This document shows, one piece after another, positions 1 to 12,502 of a DNA stretch of 64,000 bases; the stretch's first letter is position 1; the number at the start of each line of letters is the position of its first letter. Below the pieces are notes generated by a model, which searched no databases, was not told the origin of the DNA, and saw nothing but the letters and a program-made list of their open reading frames with translations. The DNA is from Octopus vulgaris. Lineage: Eukaryota. The DNA is taken from positions 155,744,001 to 155,808,000 of the forward strand of contig OX597814.1 of NCBI GenBank assembly GCA_951406725.2. The letters run 5' to 3'. Made by a program: the position numbers and the translations under genes.

Positions 1-576
1 GTGTGTGTGTGTGCGTGCGTGTGTGTGTGTGTGTGTGTTACTGTCGCTGTTTGTGAACGTTATTGCTGTCGCTCTTGCTTATTAATACTGGTAATGGATG
101 CAAACTTTTTTTTTCTAGCCAGGCTTGGTGTATTATGTATTATTCTTTGTCTGATATCATATATAAATCAAGACTTGCACGCTATTGACGCTTGTCATTG
201 AAATCCTGCCAGATTTCTTTGCTTTATCGGTATATTTCCAACCCAGTTCGTTTACAGTTAGTAGTAAGCGTTGTTGAAGATCCACTAAGTAGTGAATTGT
301 AGAGAGATGTTTAATCGCTCTGGACTTTGACTGCTAATACCATTAATCTGTCAGATGAAATATGTCCATAATTTGGAAAAAAATATTGCATTTTCTTTTT
401 GCATTGTATGATGAAATGCAATAACGATCATAAATTGGATGTGCATACATATAAACTCACTCACACACACACACACACACATCTATATATGCATGCATTT
501 ATATATATACATACATATATACAGATATATAGATACATATATTTGCATATATATATGTATGTATATATATATATAA

Positions 577-630
<54 letters not shown>

Positions 631-2355
631 TGAAAGTGCAATAAGAACAGATATCAAGGGATAGAGAAACCGATAGATTTACAGATAAAATTCTCAAGCG
701 ATCAGCCGATCTTATATACAGATACGTTATCAGCAAATACATAAAAAAGGGGAACAGGGATTAATTATACAAACAGCAAAACACACATTTATGTAGGCAG
801 GTATGAAAATTTGTATGTATCTTTGCGTGAGTGTGTGAGTGCGTGCGTTTCTGCGTGTGAGTGTGTGTGTCTGCGTATGTTTGTGTATGCGTATGTGTGT
901 GTGATATCTACACTGACAATGGGATTGAATGCCAAAACAGACGAAGAAATTCAGGGATAGCAATGTGCGTTGATGTTTAAATAAATACAAGTGTAGTTGA
1001 ATTAAGTATTCGTTTGTTGAAAGTCTTGGCAAGTATATACTTTTAAGTACATAATTTCCATAAATCAATACTTTAGCAAATAAACTGGCCGTTCCATAAA
1101 AAACGAACATTTCCCATACATTGACATGTAGGCAGTAATATCAATTGAAATGAAATATGTAAATATATGCACCAACATAGATGTGGACTAAGCAAATCAA
1201 GCTAAAAGATGACCAAGATTGACTTAATACCTAAAGAGCGCATGTGCCATATTTAATAAGATATGTTTACATTCAAGATATGAGACACAATACAATTCTC
1301 TGAATGAATGTAATATAGTATCAGTATTCCACTTGAAAATATGATAATGTATTATGAAGCTAATGACAATGCTATGTTCATTTAAATAGCATCGGTTGAA
1401 AGTGCACATGTAAAGAACACGTTAAGTGACACTTCTATATAAAGAGTTACCTAGAAATTATGTATCTTTAATATATATGGTAAATTTTAATTATTATTTC
1501 ATCTCAGTTTATAAATATATATATATATACATATGTGTTTGTGTGTGTCTGTGTGTGTGTATTGATATAAATCTTGCAGACTAACTTTTATTGTATTATA
1601 TTTCAAGCAGGGAGGTATGGCTGTCGTATTCTCAGCATAAATACATAAACATTAGATAGGTCTCTATGCATAATTCTCTTTCTTTCTGCTTATAAATACC
1701 ATATATTGACATACACACGAACGCACGAATGCCCAAACACATACGCGTATACACACGTGTGCATATACTCTTAGACGCATTTGCATATGTACAGCTTCCA
1801 TAAGTGTGAATAATATATTATTGATTTACAAATTTAGTTTATGGGTAAATTTATGTACATAAATAAATATATAATTACTTCAATTCCTTATAAATATAAT
1901 CGAACTATTTAAATTTCTTTTGTCTTCAAAACGGTCTGACATCAATGATATATCACTTTGATATAAATTGATACCGCTTACATTTGTACATATAACGTTT
2001 ACCAAGATATTCCTTAGAAGCTCTTACATTTTTGATAATAGGACAGTATAAATGATATTTTATTGAACGTTGTAAAAATAACAATACAAGTGAACTAGTT
2101 TAAGCCATGTACGTCTTTAACAATAAACAAAGTCTATAGTTATATATTTGCGTGGTCTTGTGCACACCTGTAAAGATTCTGTTGAATATGAATAACCCAT
2201 TGCAATATATTATAATTCACTTCCTATGATTCACATTGACTTCAGATTTAAGGATAAAATTATTGAATAGCATAACAATTACATTCATTCTATGCATAAG
2301 GCTGTGATTTGTTTTTGATGATGGTGATGATGATGATATGATTTGTATATATATA

Positions 2356-2419
<64 letters not shown>

Positions 2420-4019
2420 TATATATATATATGCACACACACAAGCACACACATATATGAGAAATTGCGATAAATAAAGAAACACAAATTTATATTACTT
2501 CTTCCGACGTGCATTTTATCATTGTTGTCTGTAGAACACTGCATTGAACGTTCCAAGTGCAATTGAAGGCTTAATCATAGTGAATCCTCAGAGCTCACTT
2601 TATGGCATTATGTTAAAAGAAACTAATGTCAACAGTGGTGTCGATGGTGATGAAAATGAGAGATGAAACGAGAAAAGAAGGCATAATAAATAATAGATGA
2701 ATACCATAATATTCTAATTTAGAAATATAAGTATTTATTTACAAATATATCTATGCAAAAAATAATAATGATTTTTTTCTGATCTGTCGTAAAAGAAGCA
2801 ATGAGAAAATTGATAAAAATGACTGTCAAAAGACTGCCCCTCGAAACAGCTGTAAATTTTTCCTGAATTAAACTTGCAACAAATCATATTTAAGTAAGAT
2901 ATAGCAGCAAAAAGCTGGCGAGGAGAAACAAATAGAATGAATACTGAAAAGGATAACAAGAAATGTTCTAATATAAACTCCTCTATAAATATTTTTCAGG
3001 AAAAACGTCCTTAGTCATACATGAGCAAAATGATGAACTCGGTATCAAGATGCAATGATAACGTTTGTTAAATATTGTGAATGCAGTAAGAAACCTTATT
3101 AGCGTTTCAGGCTGGATTAAATAGATGGTTTTAGTTTAAAAAGTTTAATGTATACAATAAAATTTGTATCGTCATTTATGTTTTATAGACATTATAGAAT
3201 AAACTGAGAATGGACTAAACAGAACAGGAGGATATACGTGAGATGGTGGGTCGCTGAAGTGGTCACAGGATGTGTAACGAGAGATTTCTAGGCAAAGGAC
3301 ATAAAATGAGAGTAATAATAGATCTGAAGTAAAGAACGCATATATAGTGCGTGTTTTTTGTTTGGCAAAAAAAGAGACCATCCTGAAATATAACGATATC
3401 TGTTATATTTCACACCAGGAATATTGCATAACAAATACATAAACAGATACATAAATGTAAGAATTAAGTTTATATTTGATAAATTATTCCAGTACCTATG
3501 GAAACTATTTTACAATTGAAGAAATAACAACGACGAATGTTGAATAGCATGGGTCTTCTAAAGATACTGCACCAAAAATTATCCAGATTTTAAAGTAAAT
3601 GAGAACAAATATCGGACATCCTCTTTCAGATATCATTGTGAACGGAATGAAATGTAAGTTTAGAAATTAAGTGTCAAGTCCGCTTCTAAGGAGATAACGA
3701 TTTTGACAAATGACTCCTCTCATAATTTTCCAAGGCCTTTTATATTTGTCATACATCAGTATAATAGAAAATAAAACGAATCTGAGGTGATATGCTTACT
3801 TATAATATCGCAATAAAATGACTTCTGAATAGTTGTTGCCATTCTAGAAATCACAAAAGTGTGACACCAGAGTGCAGTGCAAATAAGTCAAACATTACAA
3901 CATACCTCAGTGTTTAGCAAACATTTTCATACATTTAGCTTGCTATCGTAAGCAATTCTGAACTACAAATAAATACACCAAGCAATGAACCATGATCCAG
4001 TTGACGTGTGTGTAAGTTA

Positions 4020-4640
4020 GACAGCTAGATTTGCCAGGAACTGTTCATATACAAACACCGTACAGTTACATGTCATGCGGTCAACCAAGCAAGAAGCTTT
4101 CTCAATGCGTATACTGAGTACAGAGCTAGCGTTCTCCAAAACATGAGAAAACGTTCCACAACATTGTTGTAGAAACGTTTGGCAATGTACCAGAAGGGTC
4201 ACTTGAGGTTTGGAAGGCTGGAAATCATGACAGCCATGTGAAACCGAAGGTACGCTATGCACATTGTCTTACAGGAGTTGCCCTGCAGGGTGAATATCAC
4301 CCAGGTTTTTCTGTATGGGTCAGATTCAACAGGCATTTTAAGCATTCTTTTGTTCTTCGTAGCTGCAGCACTGCTCTGAAAAATCCACTTAAGTGTCTTG
4401 AGGTTTAGAGACTTTGTGTGAAGAATGTGAGCAGACATACCTAAAATGATAGTTTCTGCCAACAGCCTAGCAGTTCCTGAAAGGGCAGGTATGAAGAATG
4501 TGTACTGGCTTAAAAGTTTTAAAACTTTGCCCATTTGGCTGACTTGAATTGCTGCCATAGTGTCCAGGGAAGAAGGAGGAGTTTGTCAAAAAGTAGCAAT
4601 GGAGCTCCGGTTGAATGGGGTGATAGATGCAGAAACAGTC
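4020..4640 (-). mobile_element. Heavily decayed APE-type LINE fragment (CR1/L2-like, tentative)
   Basis: GC-richer block. Minus-strand frameshifted peptides (IYHP..SIATF, AETIILG, SHVLENASSVLSIRIEK) loosely resemble APE-endonuclease/linker regions. No intact motif. Confidence 0.3.
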
Positions 4641-4799
4641 ACGCTTTGTTAAATGTGTTCTATATCACACTATATATCCAGCAGGTACAACATACTCTAT
4701 CTCCATGAAAATATTTCTACTGGAATATATTTGTTTCAATTCAAGGTTACTACTGACGTTCTGTTCGACAACAATACATCACTTGAAAGTAAATAATAG

Positions 4800-5005
4800 T
4801 TTCTAACATAAGTACAGGAACTTAAAATTCGGAGATGGAGTAGTCGATGATATTTACCTAACTATTTGACTCTTACATAATTTTCCTGACTTAGGAATAA
4901 CGAAAAGCAAAGAAAGACTTCGATTTCAGAATGTAAAGTGTCAGAACATATACAGCATAGCTTGTTATCAGGTATTCAAACAACTCTGCTAAGTCAACGC
5001 CGCTA
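4800..5005 (-). mobile_element. Decayed SINE family B copy
   Basis: Degenerate reverse complement of family B (gaaaagcaaag...ttcagaatgtaaag...actctgctaagtcaacgcc). Confidence 0.5.
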
Positions 5006-5377
5006 TTGTAAGTAAATACTGGAAAATATATTTTGTTATTTCGGTCATTTAGTTGCAGGACACCAAAGACTGAACCAATCTATAATGAAAGGCATTTCTG
5101 TACGACTATTTCCTTTCAATTTATCAGTTCAATTTGAAATATATTATTCTATCATTTTATTCTAAATTTTAATCTATCATTTAATCTGTCATGTCGTGAA
5201 TTTCCTTTTTTTATTTTATATTATGCTTTATTTTATTTATTCTTAAATTTACTGTCTTTGTATTCATCCATTTCGAATATCATTGTAATTCTGCCTGTCA
5301 GTCCATAAGTTAACACGTCCTGTACGCTCTGTTAGAAAGTTATCACTGAAAATTAGTTTTATTATCATTGTTAATGA

Positions 5378-5790
5378 GGCAGTGAGCTGGCCGGGCAAAA
5401 ATCGTTCGCTCGCCGGGCAAAATGCTTAGCTGTATTTCTCCTGGCTTTATGTTCAAATTCCGCCAAATCGACATTACTTTTCAACTTTTCGTGATTGATA
5501 AAAATATGTACCAGTCGAGCACTGGGGCCGATGTAATCGGATTACACCTTGTGCCAAAATTTGTAACTATTTTTTTAATTAAGACTGCGAGTTTGCAGAA
5601 TCCTTATTAATACCCCCGGTAAAATGATTAGCAGCATTTTTCCCATCTTTACTTTATGAATTCAAATTGCGCTGCGGTCAACTTTACCATTCCTCTTTTC
5701 TGGATCGGTGAAATAAGAACCAGTTTAGCACTGGGTCGATGTAATCGTCTCTCCCCTCTCACAACATTTTAGGACTTGCACCTACAATAA
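5378..5790 (+). mobile_element. Two adjacent SINE family B copies (tRNA-type octopus SINE)
   Basis: ggcagtgagctggc...tcgtt..cgccgggcaaaatgcttagc...gttcaaattccgcc (A/B-box-like head), then gtaccagtcgagcactggggccgatgtaatcg. A second decayed copy starts at ~5620. Confidence 0.75.
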
Positions 5791-6009
5791 AAAAATTTAT
5801 TAGGTCAGCAAGATAACAGAACCATTTGAAGATACGGACAAATTGTTTCACGGCGTCCTTTTCAGCTCCTTCCATCCTTAGTTGAAATTCCACAGATGGC
5901 AACTTTGCTTTCCTTAATTTAGAAATCCATAAAATAATTACTATTTGATACCTGGTGATGATATAATCGACAAGATCCCACAAAAAAAAGAACTATTAAA
6001 GCTGCCAAA

Positions 6010-6200
6010 TTGTGGAATACTTAATACAACGGATAAAATGTTTGGCGGCATTTCTTCCCGCTTTACGTTCGGAGTTCAAATTGGATGAAGTCGACTTTAC
6101 CTTTCATCCTTTAAAGATTGTTAAAATAGTTAAGCAGTGGTGTAGGTGCAATCGACTAGCCCTTTTCCACAAATTTCAGGCCTATAGCAGAAAGGATTTA
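6010..6200 (+). mobile_element. SINE family B copy
   Basis: ctttacgttcggagttcaaatt...gtcgactttacctttcatcctt, shared with the other copies. Confidence 0.7.
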
Positions 6201-6255
6201 TGATTACGAACAGAAAAATCGCCTGGAGGGTCGTATTTGTTTGTGTATATGAATT

Positions 6256-6309
<54 letters not shown>

Positions 6310-6780
6310 AATACAAACGACTTCTGTCCACTCACCCTCCAGAGAGATTAAATTTGGAGTGCCATGATTGTGACTAAACATGTTCACTCATCGTGCCGGC
6401 CTTTTTAGGCGCCAATTATACTATCACGTGACACTAATAGAGGTATGGGGAAACGTACAAAAGGTTATAAATTTAATCATGTCTTCATTCTCTACAAAAA
6501 CTTGCTAGAAAGCATTCAGAGCATTGATTGTTTAGAAATGTTCAGTCAACCGTGTCAGTCTTAACCTATGACGCCAAACATCATCACTTGATACTAACAC
6601 AGAGACGTAGCGAAGAGCCTAAAGAATTTCGAAGGCTAGTCATGTGACTATACTTTTTCAATTAAATCCTATTCAAAACATATACTAATTTGAGCCATGA
6701 ACTCTCTATAAAAATAGGGCAAACATAAAACACTAGTAAGAAGCAAGACAGCTGCGACCTAAGCCACGTTTTTCTATTTC

Positions 6781-6823
6781 AACGTTTTGAAAATCAGTGT
6801 AAACTGTGAAACCGGATAAAGCT
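6781..6823 (+). ncRNA. Degenerate minimal type I hammerhead motif, U3-A8 type
   Basis: aacgtt-TTGAAAA-tCAGtgtaaaCTGt-GAAA-CCGG-at-aaagct. The cleavage site reads AT rather than TA and stem I pairs 4/6. It lies upstream of (CT)n(TA)n. Confidence 0.45.
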
Positions 6824-6929
6824 TTAAATATATTAATAAAAAAATATATTAAGTATTATCTGTGCATTTGCAACTTCTATTTTTCCTATATTTCTGCCCC
6901 ATCTTCGTTTTCTCTCACTCTCACTCTCA

Positions 6930-7014
<85 letters not shown>

Positions 7015-7049
7015 GTACTTGGAAGAGGAAACGTGGCGTTCAATCATGT

Positions 7050-7084
<35 letters not shown>

Positions 7085-7092
<8 letters not shown>

Positions 7093-7884
7093 ATATATAC
7101 AAACGTACATATACATACATCTATACGTATATACATGCATATGTGGGCGGCCATCTTTCTTCTCCTAACTGGTGTTTCTTTCTTTTCATCTTTCTCTCTC
7201 TCTTATTCTATTACTTCTTCTCCCATTATGCTATCGTATTGATCTTTCGTTTTTTCTCTCTTTTTCTTCTACTTCCCCTTCTCCCCTTCTGTTTTTCACA
7301 CTTTTCCTATCTCCAATTTTTCCCTCACCTTCACAATTGTCTGCCTGTCACTCTCTCTCCCTCAATCTTCCTCCCTTGCTCAGGTTGCTCCCACGTGACG
7401 ACATGCCATCCTTTTTCTCCTAACTTGTGTTTCTTTCTCTCCGTTGTAGCTAGATCACAGAAGACGTGTTCTTGTCTGTTTCCTGTCCAAGCTTGATTTT
7501 CGCGTTCGCCACCACAACCTCGATAAGGCTTCCTCCTTGTTTTCCCTGTCCTGTTTGTGTTACCAATTTTGACCCTCCGCAAAATACTAAATCTTATTTA
7601 ATTTGCTTTGCGGGATCAACTGTTTTATCGAAAGCGTGTATTGTTGTTAAATACTCGAAATGCGAGAGTAGAAAAACAGCCAACAACTGATGAAGGGTCG
7701 TTATTTGTGTTGTTTGTCTAGTTTTCCACTTGCGTGCTTGTTGTTCGAAACAATAGTTCATATTCCATGTACTCGTACTCGTACTTCGTATTTTTTGTTC
7801 TACACATTTCGTGACGTCCTGTTCCCACATATGCATATATATACGTATAGATGTATGTACATATACGTATGTATATATGCATAT
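7085..7884. repeat. Element bounded by ~60-bp inverted repeats within (TA)n; pyrimidine-rich PLE pLTR-like interior
   Basis: 7085-7147 (..catacatctatacgtatatacatgcatatgtggg) is the reverse complement of 7824-7884 (cccacatatgcatatatatacgtatagatgtatg..). Internal direct repeat ccatc..ttctcctaact.gtgtttctttc at ~7152 and ~7406. Confidence 0.6.
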
Positions 7885-7903
7885 GTATGTCTGTATACAT
7901 ATA

Positions 7904-7961
<58 letters not shown>

Positions 7962-8333
7962 TGTGTGTGTGTATATATACAAAAGGAAAGTGGGTGAATG
8001 GGAGTAAAAACACAGAGAGATCGTGTGTGTGTGAGAGAGAAGTGAGTAAACATGAAAAATGTATGTCAAGAGATGATAAGATATTCAGTAGCTGCCTGTC
8101 ACTGGGAAGTGCAGATAATGTCAGGAAAAATCAGAGAGGAATTTAGAGATAGGATGAAAATATTCAGTTAGAACTAGTGAGAGCAACTCAACAAGTACAT
8201 ACAGGGAAAGTGTGTCATGGTGTGGGTTTGCTTGAGTTTTGGTAAGTCGACAATTTTATTACGAATTCGATAAATTTCGGCAATAAAATCTGTCGACAAA
8301 CAGAAACTTTTATAACTCCTATGTTATATGTAT

Positions 8334-8386
<53 letters not shown>

Positions 8387-8500
8387 ATATTTCGGAATGG
8401 TCATATTGCCAGTTTAGCCAATAAAAACACACGCACTATATATTTGGTGTTATTTTGCTTCAGTGTTATTTATTTTTTACATTAATCTTAATCTTATTTC

Positions 8501-8545
8501 GGCCAGAGTTCTTTCGTCACACTCCTGTGACCGCATCAGTGGTCC
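8501..8545 (-). ncRNA. Decayed minimal type I hammerhead motif
   Basis: Minus strand ggacca-CTGATGC-g-GTCACA ggag TGTGAC-GAAA-gaac-TC-tggcc. Perfect 6-bp stem II, A9>C change. Lies in a ~230-bp island between (TA)n tracts. Confidence 0.45.
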
Positions 8546-8605
8546 TTTGTTTTCTTCTTTCTTATTTGTGTCTCTCGTTACTAAACGTCAGCCATTTTGT
8601 AATTG

Positions 8606-8650
<45 letters not shown>

Positions 8651-8730
8651 CAAAGTTGAGTTGTGGGGTATCGCATGAGTGGAATTATATACGAAAGAAG
8701 GTTTGAAAATGCAATTTAAAAGATGTTTAT

Positions 8731-8775
8731 TTACTTTACCGGTTTCACTCTTTGGAAAAAGATTATCAAAAGTAA
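8731..8775 (-). ncRNA. Minimal type I hammerhead, U3-A8 core (left arm copy)
   Basis: Exact reverse complement of the 10622-10666 motif. Confidence 0.65.
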
Positions 8776-10621
8776 CATGTGGAAGTTTGGTTGCGTTAAT
8801 TACTGGTTGTTGCAAATTGCTACATTACAAATATATATACAGTCTTTGGAAACAGGGACATGTTAAGGACATAAAAAAGTACAACAGTATGTTGAGAATA
8901 TAAAGAGGTTTAACAAGCTCATTGAAAAACTGAGCAGAAAAGATTAAAACAAATATAGTATACATCTCAGGGTAATTTCCAGGAGGAATTATTAAAAGAG
9001 TTCAGTACAGAATATTATGAATTCAAAAAGATTTACATTAATGTAGTGGCGAGGTTGTTACTGACCTGTCCGTTTTAGCAGAAATGTTGAATTGAAAAGG
9101 ATGTACCAGTTTCTTTTCTTTTTTTGGCTTTCCTTCAAGCATCAATGATTTTGGGGTTAGGATGAGGTGAATATGCGTGTCACTGCGTGTATGTGTGCGT
9201 GCATACATATACATGTGGTGTGAATAGATGTGTCTGTGTGTCTGTAGTATTTGGTCAGATGGTGTCTGTTTGTCAAACGTGTGTGTGGTTATCATGGTGT
9301 TGTGTGTGTACGTGTGTGTGCGTGTGTACGCATGTATGTGTGTGGATGGCATTTGACATGGTGCTGCGTGTGTATATATGTGTGCCTGTATGGAGGTGAG
9401 ATTGGTGTGAGTGTGTGTGTCCCTGTGTGCGTGCACATACACGTATACAAGTGTCTGTGTGTGTGTGGGGGCTGTTTTTGATTGGTTCCAGTGTGGTGTA
9501 AATAGATGTGTGTTGTTTAAAGAATTTTTTGGGGTAGGATGGTGTGTGTATATGCGTGCCCGCCCGTGCGCGCGCGTGTTCGTGCGCGTGCGCGTCTACG
9601 CGTGTGTGCGGGCCATACACACACACTATATATACATATACACGCACACACACACACACACACATCATACACATACATACCACACACACACACACATCTC
9701 ACCATACACACACACACAACACACATACACACATAATCTACACACACACAACACACACATACATACAGAACACACACACACACAACGCACATACATATAA
9801 TACACACACACAGTGGGTAGACGCGCACGCGCACGGGCGGGCACGCATATACACACACCATCCTACCCCAAAACATTCTTCAAACAACACACATCTATTT
9901 ACACCTCACTGGAACCAATCAAAAACAGCCCCCCCACACACACAGACACTTGTATACGTATATGTGCACGCACACAGGGACACACACACTCACACCAATC
10001 TCACCTCCATACAGGCACACATATATACACACACAGCACCATGTCAAATGCCATCCACACACATACATGCGTACACACGCACACAAACACACACACAACA
10101 CCATGATAACCACACACACGTTTGACAAAACACACCATCTGACCAAATACTATAGACACACAGACACATCTAGTCACACCACATGTATATTTATGCACGC
10201 ACACATACACGCAGAGACACGCATATTCACCTCATCCTAACCCCCAAATCATTGATGCTTGAAGGAAAGCCAAAAAAAGAAAAGAAACTGGTACATCCTT
10301 TTCAATTCAACATTTCTGCTAAAACGGACAGGTCAGTAACAACCTCGCCACTACATTAATGTAAATCTTTTTGAATTCATAATATTCTGTACTGAACTCT
10401 TTTAATAATTCCTCCTGGAAATTACCCTGAGATGTATAATATATTTGTTTTAATCTTTTCTGCTCAGTTTTTCAATGAGCTTGTTAAACCTCTTTATATT
10501 CTCAACATACTGTTGTACTTTTTTATGTCCTTAACATGTCCCTGTTTCCAAAGACTGCATATATATTTGTAATGTAGCAATTTGCAACAACCAATAATTA
10601 ACGCAACCAAACTTCCACATG

Positions 10622-10666
10622 TTACTTTTGATAATCTTTTTCCAAAGAGTGAAACCGGTAAAGTAA
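10622..10666 (+). ncRNA. Minimal type I hammerhead, U3-A8 core
   Basis: TTACTT-TTGATAA-TCTTT ttcc AAAGA gt-GAAA-CCGG-TA-AAGTAA: 6-bp stem I, 5-bp stem II, palindromic CCGG stem III. ~40 nt before (TA)n. Confidence 0.65.
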
Positions 10667-10704
10667 ATAAACATCTTTTAAATTGCATTTTCAAACCTTC
10701 TTTC

Positions 10705-10764
<60 letters not shown>

Positions 10765-10804
10765 TTATATATACTTACACACACACACATACACACATAC
10801 ACAG

Positions 10805-10836
<32 letters not shown>

Positions 10837-10849
10837 GCATGCATATGTA

Positions 10850-11618
10850 TTCCAGAAGTATTCAGATTTTTATAGGAGAAGCAGTTCTCAATGTCCTAGA
10901 TTATTACAACCTTACTATCGCATTACAATACACCAAATAAATTGACCTGCCAACTTTTATCTTTCTAGATTGAAAGTGTTTGCTGTTGGAACAGCATTTT
11001 TAATATATCCTGCTAAACACTGACTAGGTTGAAGAATGCCATCGGGACATTTGGAATATCATTATGACAAAGGTTTGTATTAAAGAGGGTAAAAAAGATA
11101 CAGCTACTTATGAAATGATCCAGAACGCTTATCGATTAACTTCCGCTGATACAGAAGGTTCACAGGCGGTTGGGAGGTGATGAGAGACAATTAGAATTGT
11201 GGAAGTGAGAGGGACACAAGACATCAAAGCAAGTGGAAAAATATCTGCAATTTTCAGAATGAAGCACATGATATGTCTATAAAGATAATAAACGTACAAT
11301 TTGGAGTCTGTTGCGGCCACAATAAAGAGAATTATTCTTGATCTGAGCAGGCACAACATTTGTGTAAAGTCTATTCCCAGGGTTCTCAGGCTGGAGCATC
11401 CAGGTAAACTACTTGTGGATGAAGGATACGGTGACAGCGTTCCTGGCCACTTTCATTTGGAGGATTTCCATGTGCCCTTCAGGAAAATGACTGGAGTTTT
11501 ATAACAAGTAGATTGAAGTCAGAGAATCCTCCTTTGAATGTGATTAGAATTTTGTACTTCTTTAGAATTATAAACGTCTCTTTACAAAAATTATGAACAC
11601 TTCTGGACTGCACCTAGA
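10850..11618 (+). mobile_element. Internally deleted mariner-family DNA transposon remnant
   Basis: TIR pair ccagaagtattcagatttt / aaaaattatgaacacttctgg. Peptides KVCIKEGKKDTATYEMIQNAY and DLSRHNICVKSIPRVL match the mariner N-terminal HTH and WVPHEL-like motif. Confidence 0.65.
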
Positions 11619-11637
11619 GTGTATAAGTATATATATA

Positions 11638-12502
11638 CAGGGTGCGATTGGTAAATTGTCGTCACTTTATATTATTTGCTTCGCGCATGCGTATTGATTG
11701 TTTTTGATTTTGTCGACTACAAAATATAGTACCGTCTTTTGGGTACCGTCTGTGAGAAAAGCAGCACCATGATGTAATACACCTTGGCAGAAATTTGGAA
11801 ACGGCATGCTGTACTGCTTGACTTTCGCGCCGGAAGCTCCAATGCGAACATTTCAGAGTGCTTGGGTGTCAATCTGAGGACAGTGCAATCTGAGAACATG
11901 TACCGAGTGTGATAAAAATCAAACATCCAGCCAACATCATGGTGTTTGCAGAGATGACGAGTGATGGCGACGTTATGCCTCCATTCATCTTCTCACACGG
12001 CCTCGACTCAACATGGCGGCCTACATCAAATGTCTGGAGGAGGTAGTGCTGCCTTGGGTCAAGAGAGTGGCTGCTAGAAGACCCTATGTCTGGCAACAGG
12101 ACCCTGCACCATGCCACACAAGCAGAAGAACCCAGTCATCGCTGTCAGACAATTTCTGCGACGAGATCACCCCTAACATCTCTTCAACTAACTCCCTAGA
12201 CTACAACCCACTTCATTACTATGTGTGAGGCGCATAGTAGACCAATAAAACTTCTTGAACTGAAGGCAAGGATTATGACAACATTCAGCAACTTAAACAA
12301 GGAGACCATGCAGATGAGGTGCAAGATATTCCGAAGTCTTTTGGAGGCCATGGTTGAAGCCATTGGCGATTTTATTGAATAGAATTATTCTTTAGTATTT
12401 CAAGATATTTTTATGTAATTTTGGTGAATATATCTATTAATATGAGATGTCTGTGTTATTTTCATATTTGCGTAATTTAGACAGTTTATACACTACTCTC
12501 TG
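11638..12502 (+). mobile_element. Decayed DD37D (maT) Tc1/mariner element with transposase pseudogene
   Basis: KHPANIMVF..GDVMPPFIF; YIKCLEEVVLPW..RPYVWQQD-37 aa-(D>H)YYV. Degenerate TIRs cagggtg..gtaaattgtc / gacagtttata..ctctctg, flanked by TA. Confidence 0.85.

Larger units (their letters stand above)
8687..10710. mobile_element. ~2-kb inverted repeat (arms ~8687-9599 and ~9817-10710) of a non-coding PLE pLTR-like unit
   Basis: Arms are near-identical reverse complements (mirrored ORF-track peptides 8679+ vs 10494-). ~217-bp CA-rich spacer. (TA)n at the right end and ~40 bp from the left end. One HHR per arm. Confidence 0.85.

Noticed and set aside
3385-3413. Hairpin tgaaatataac/gttatatttca
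   Set aside because: Short, AT-rich and isolated; plausible by chance.
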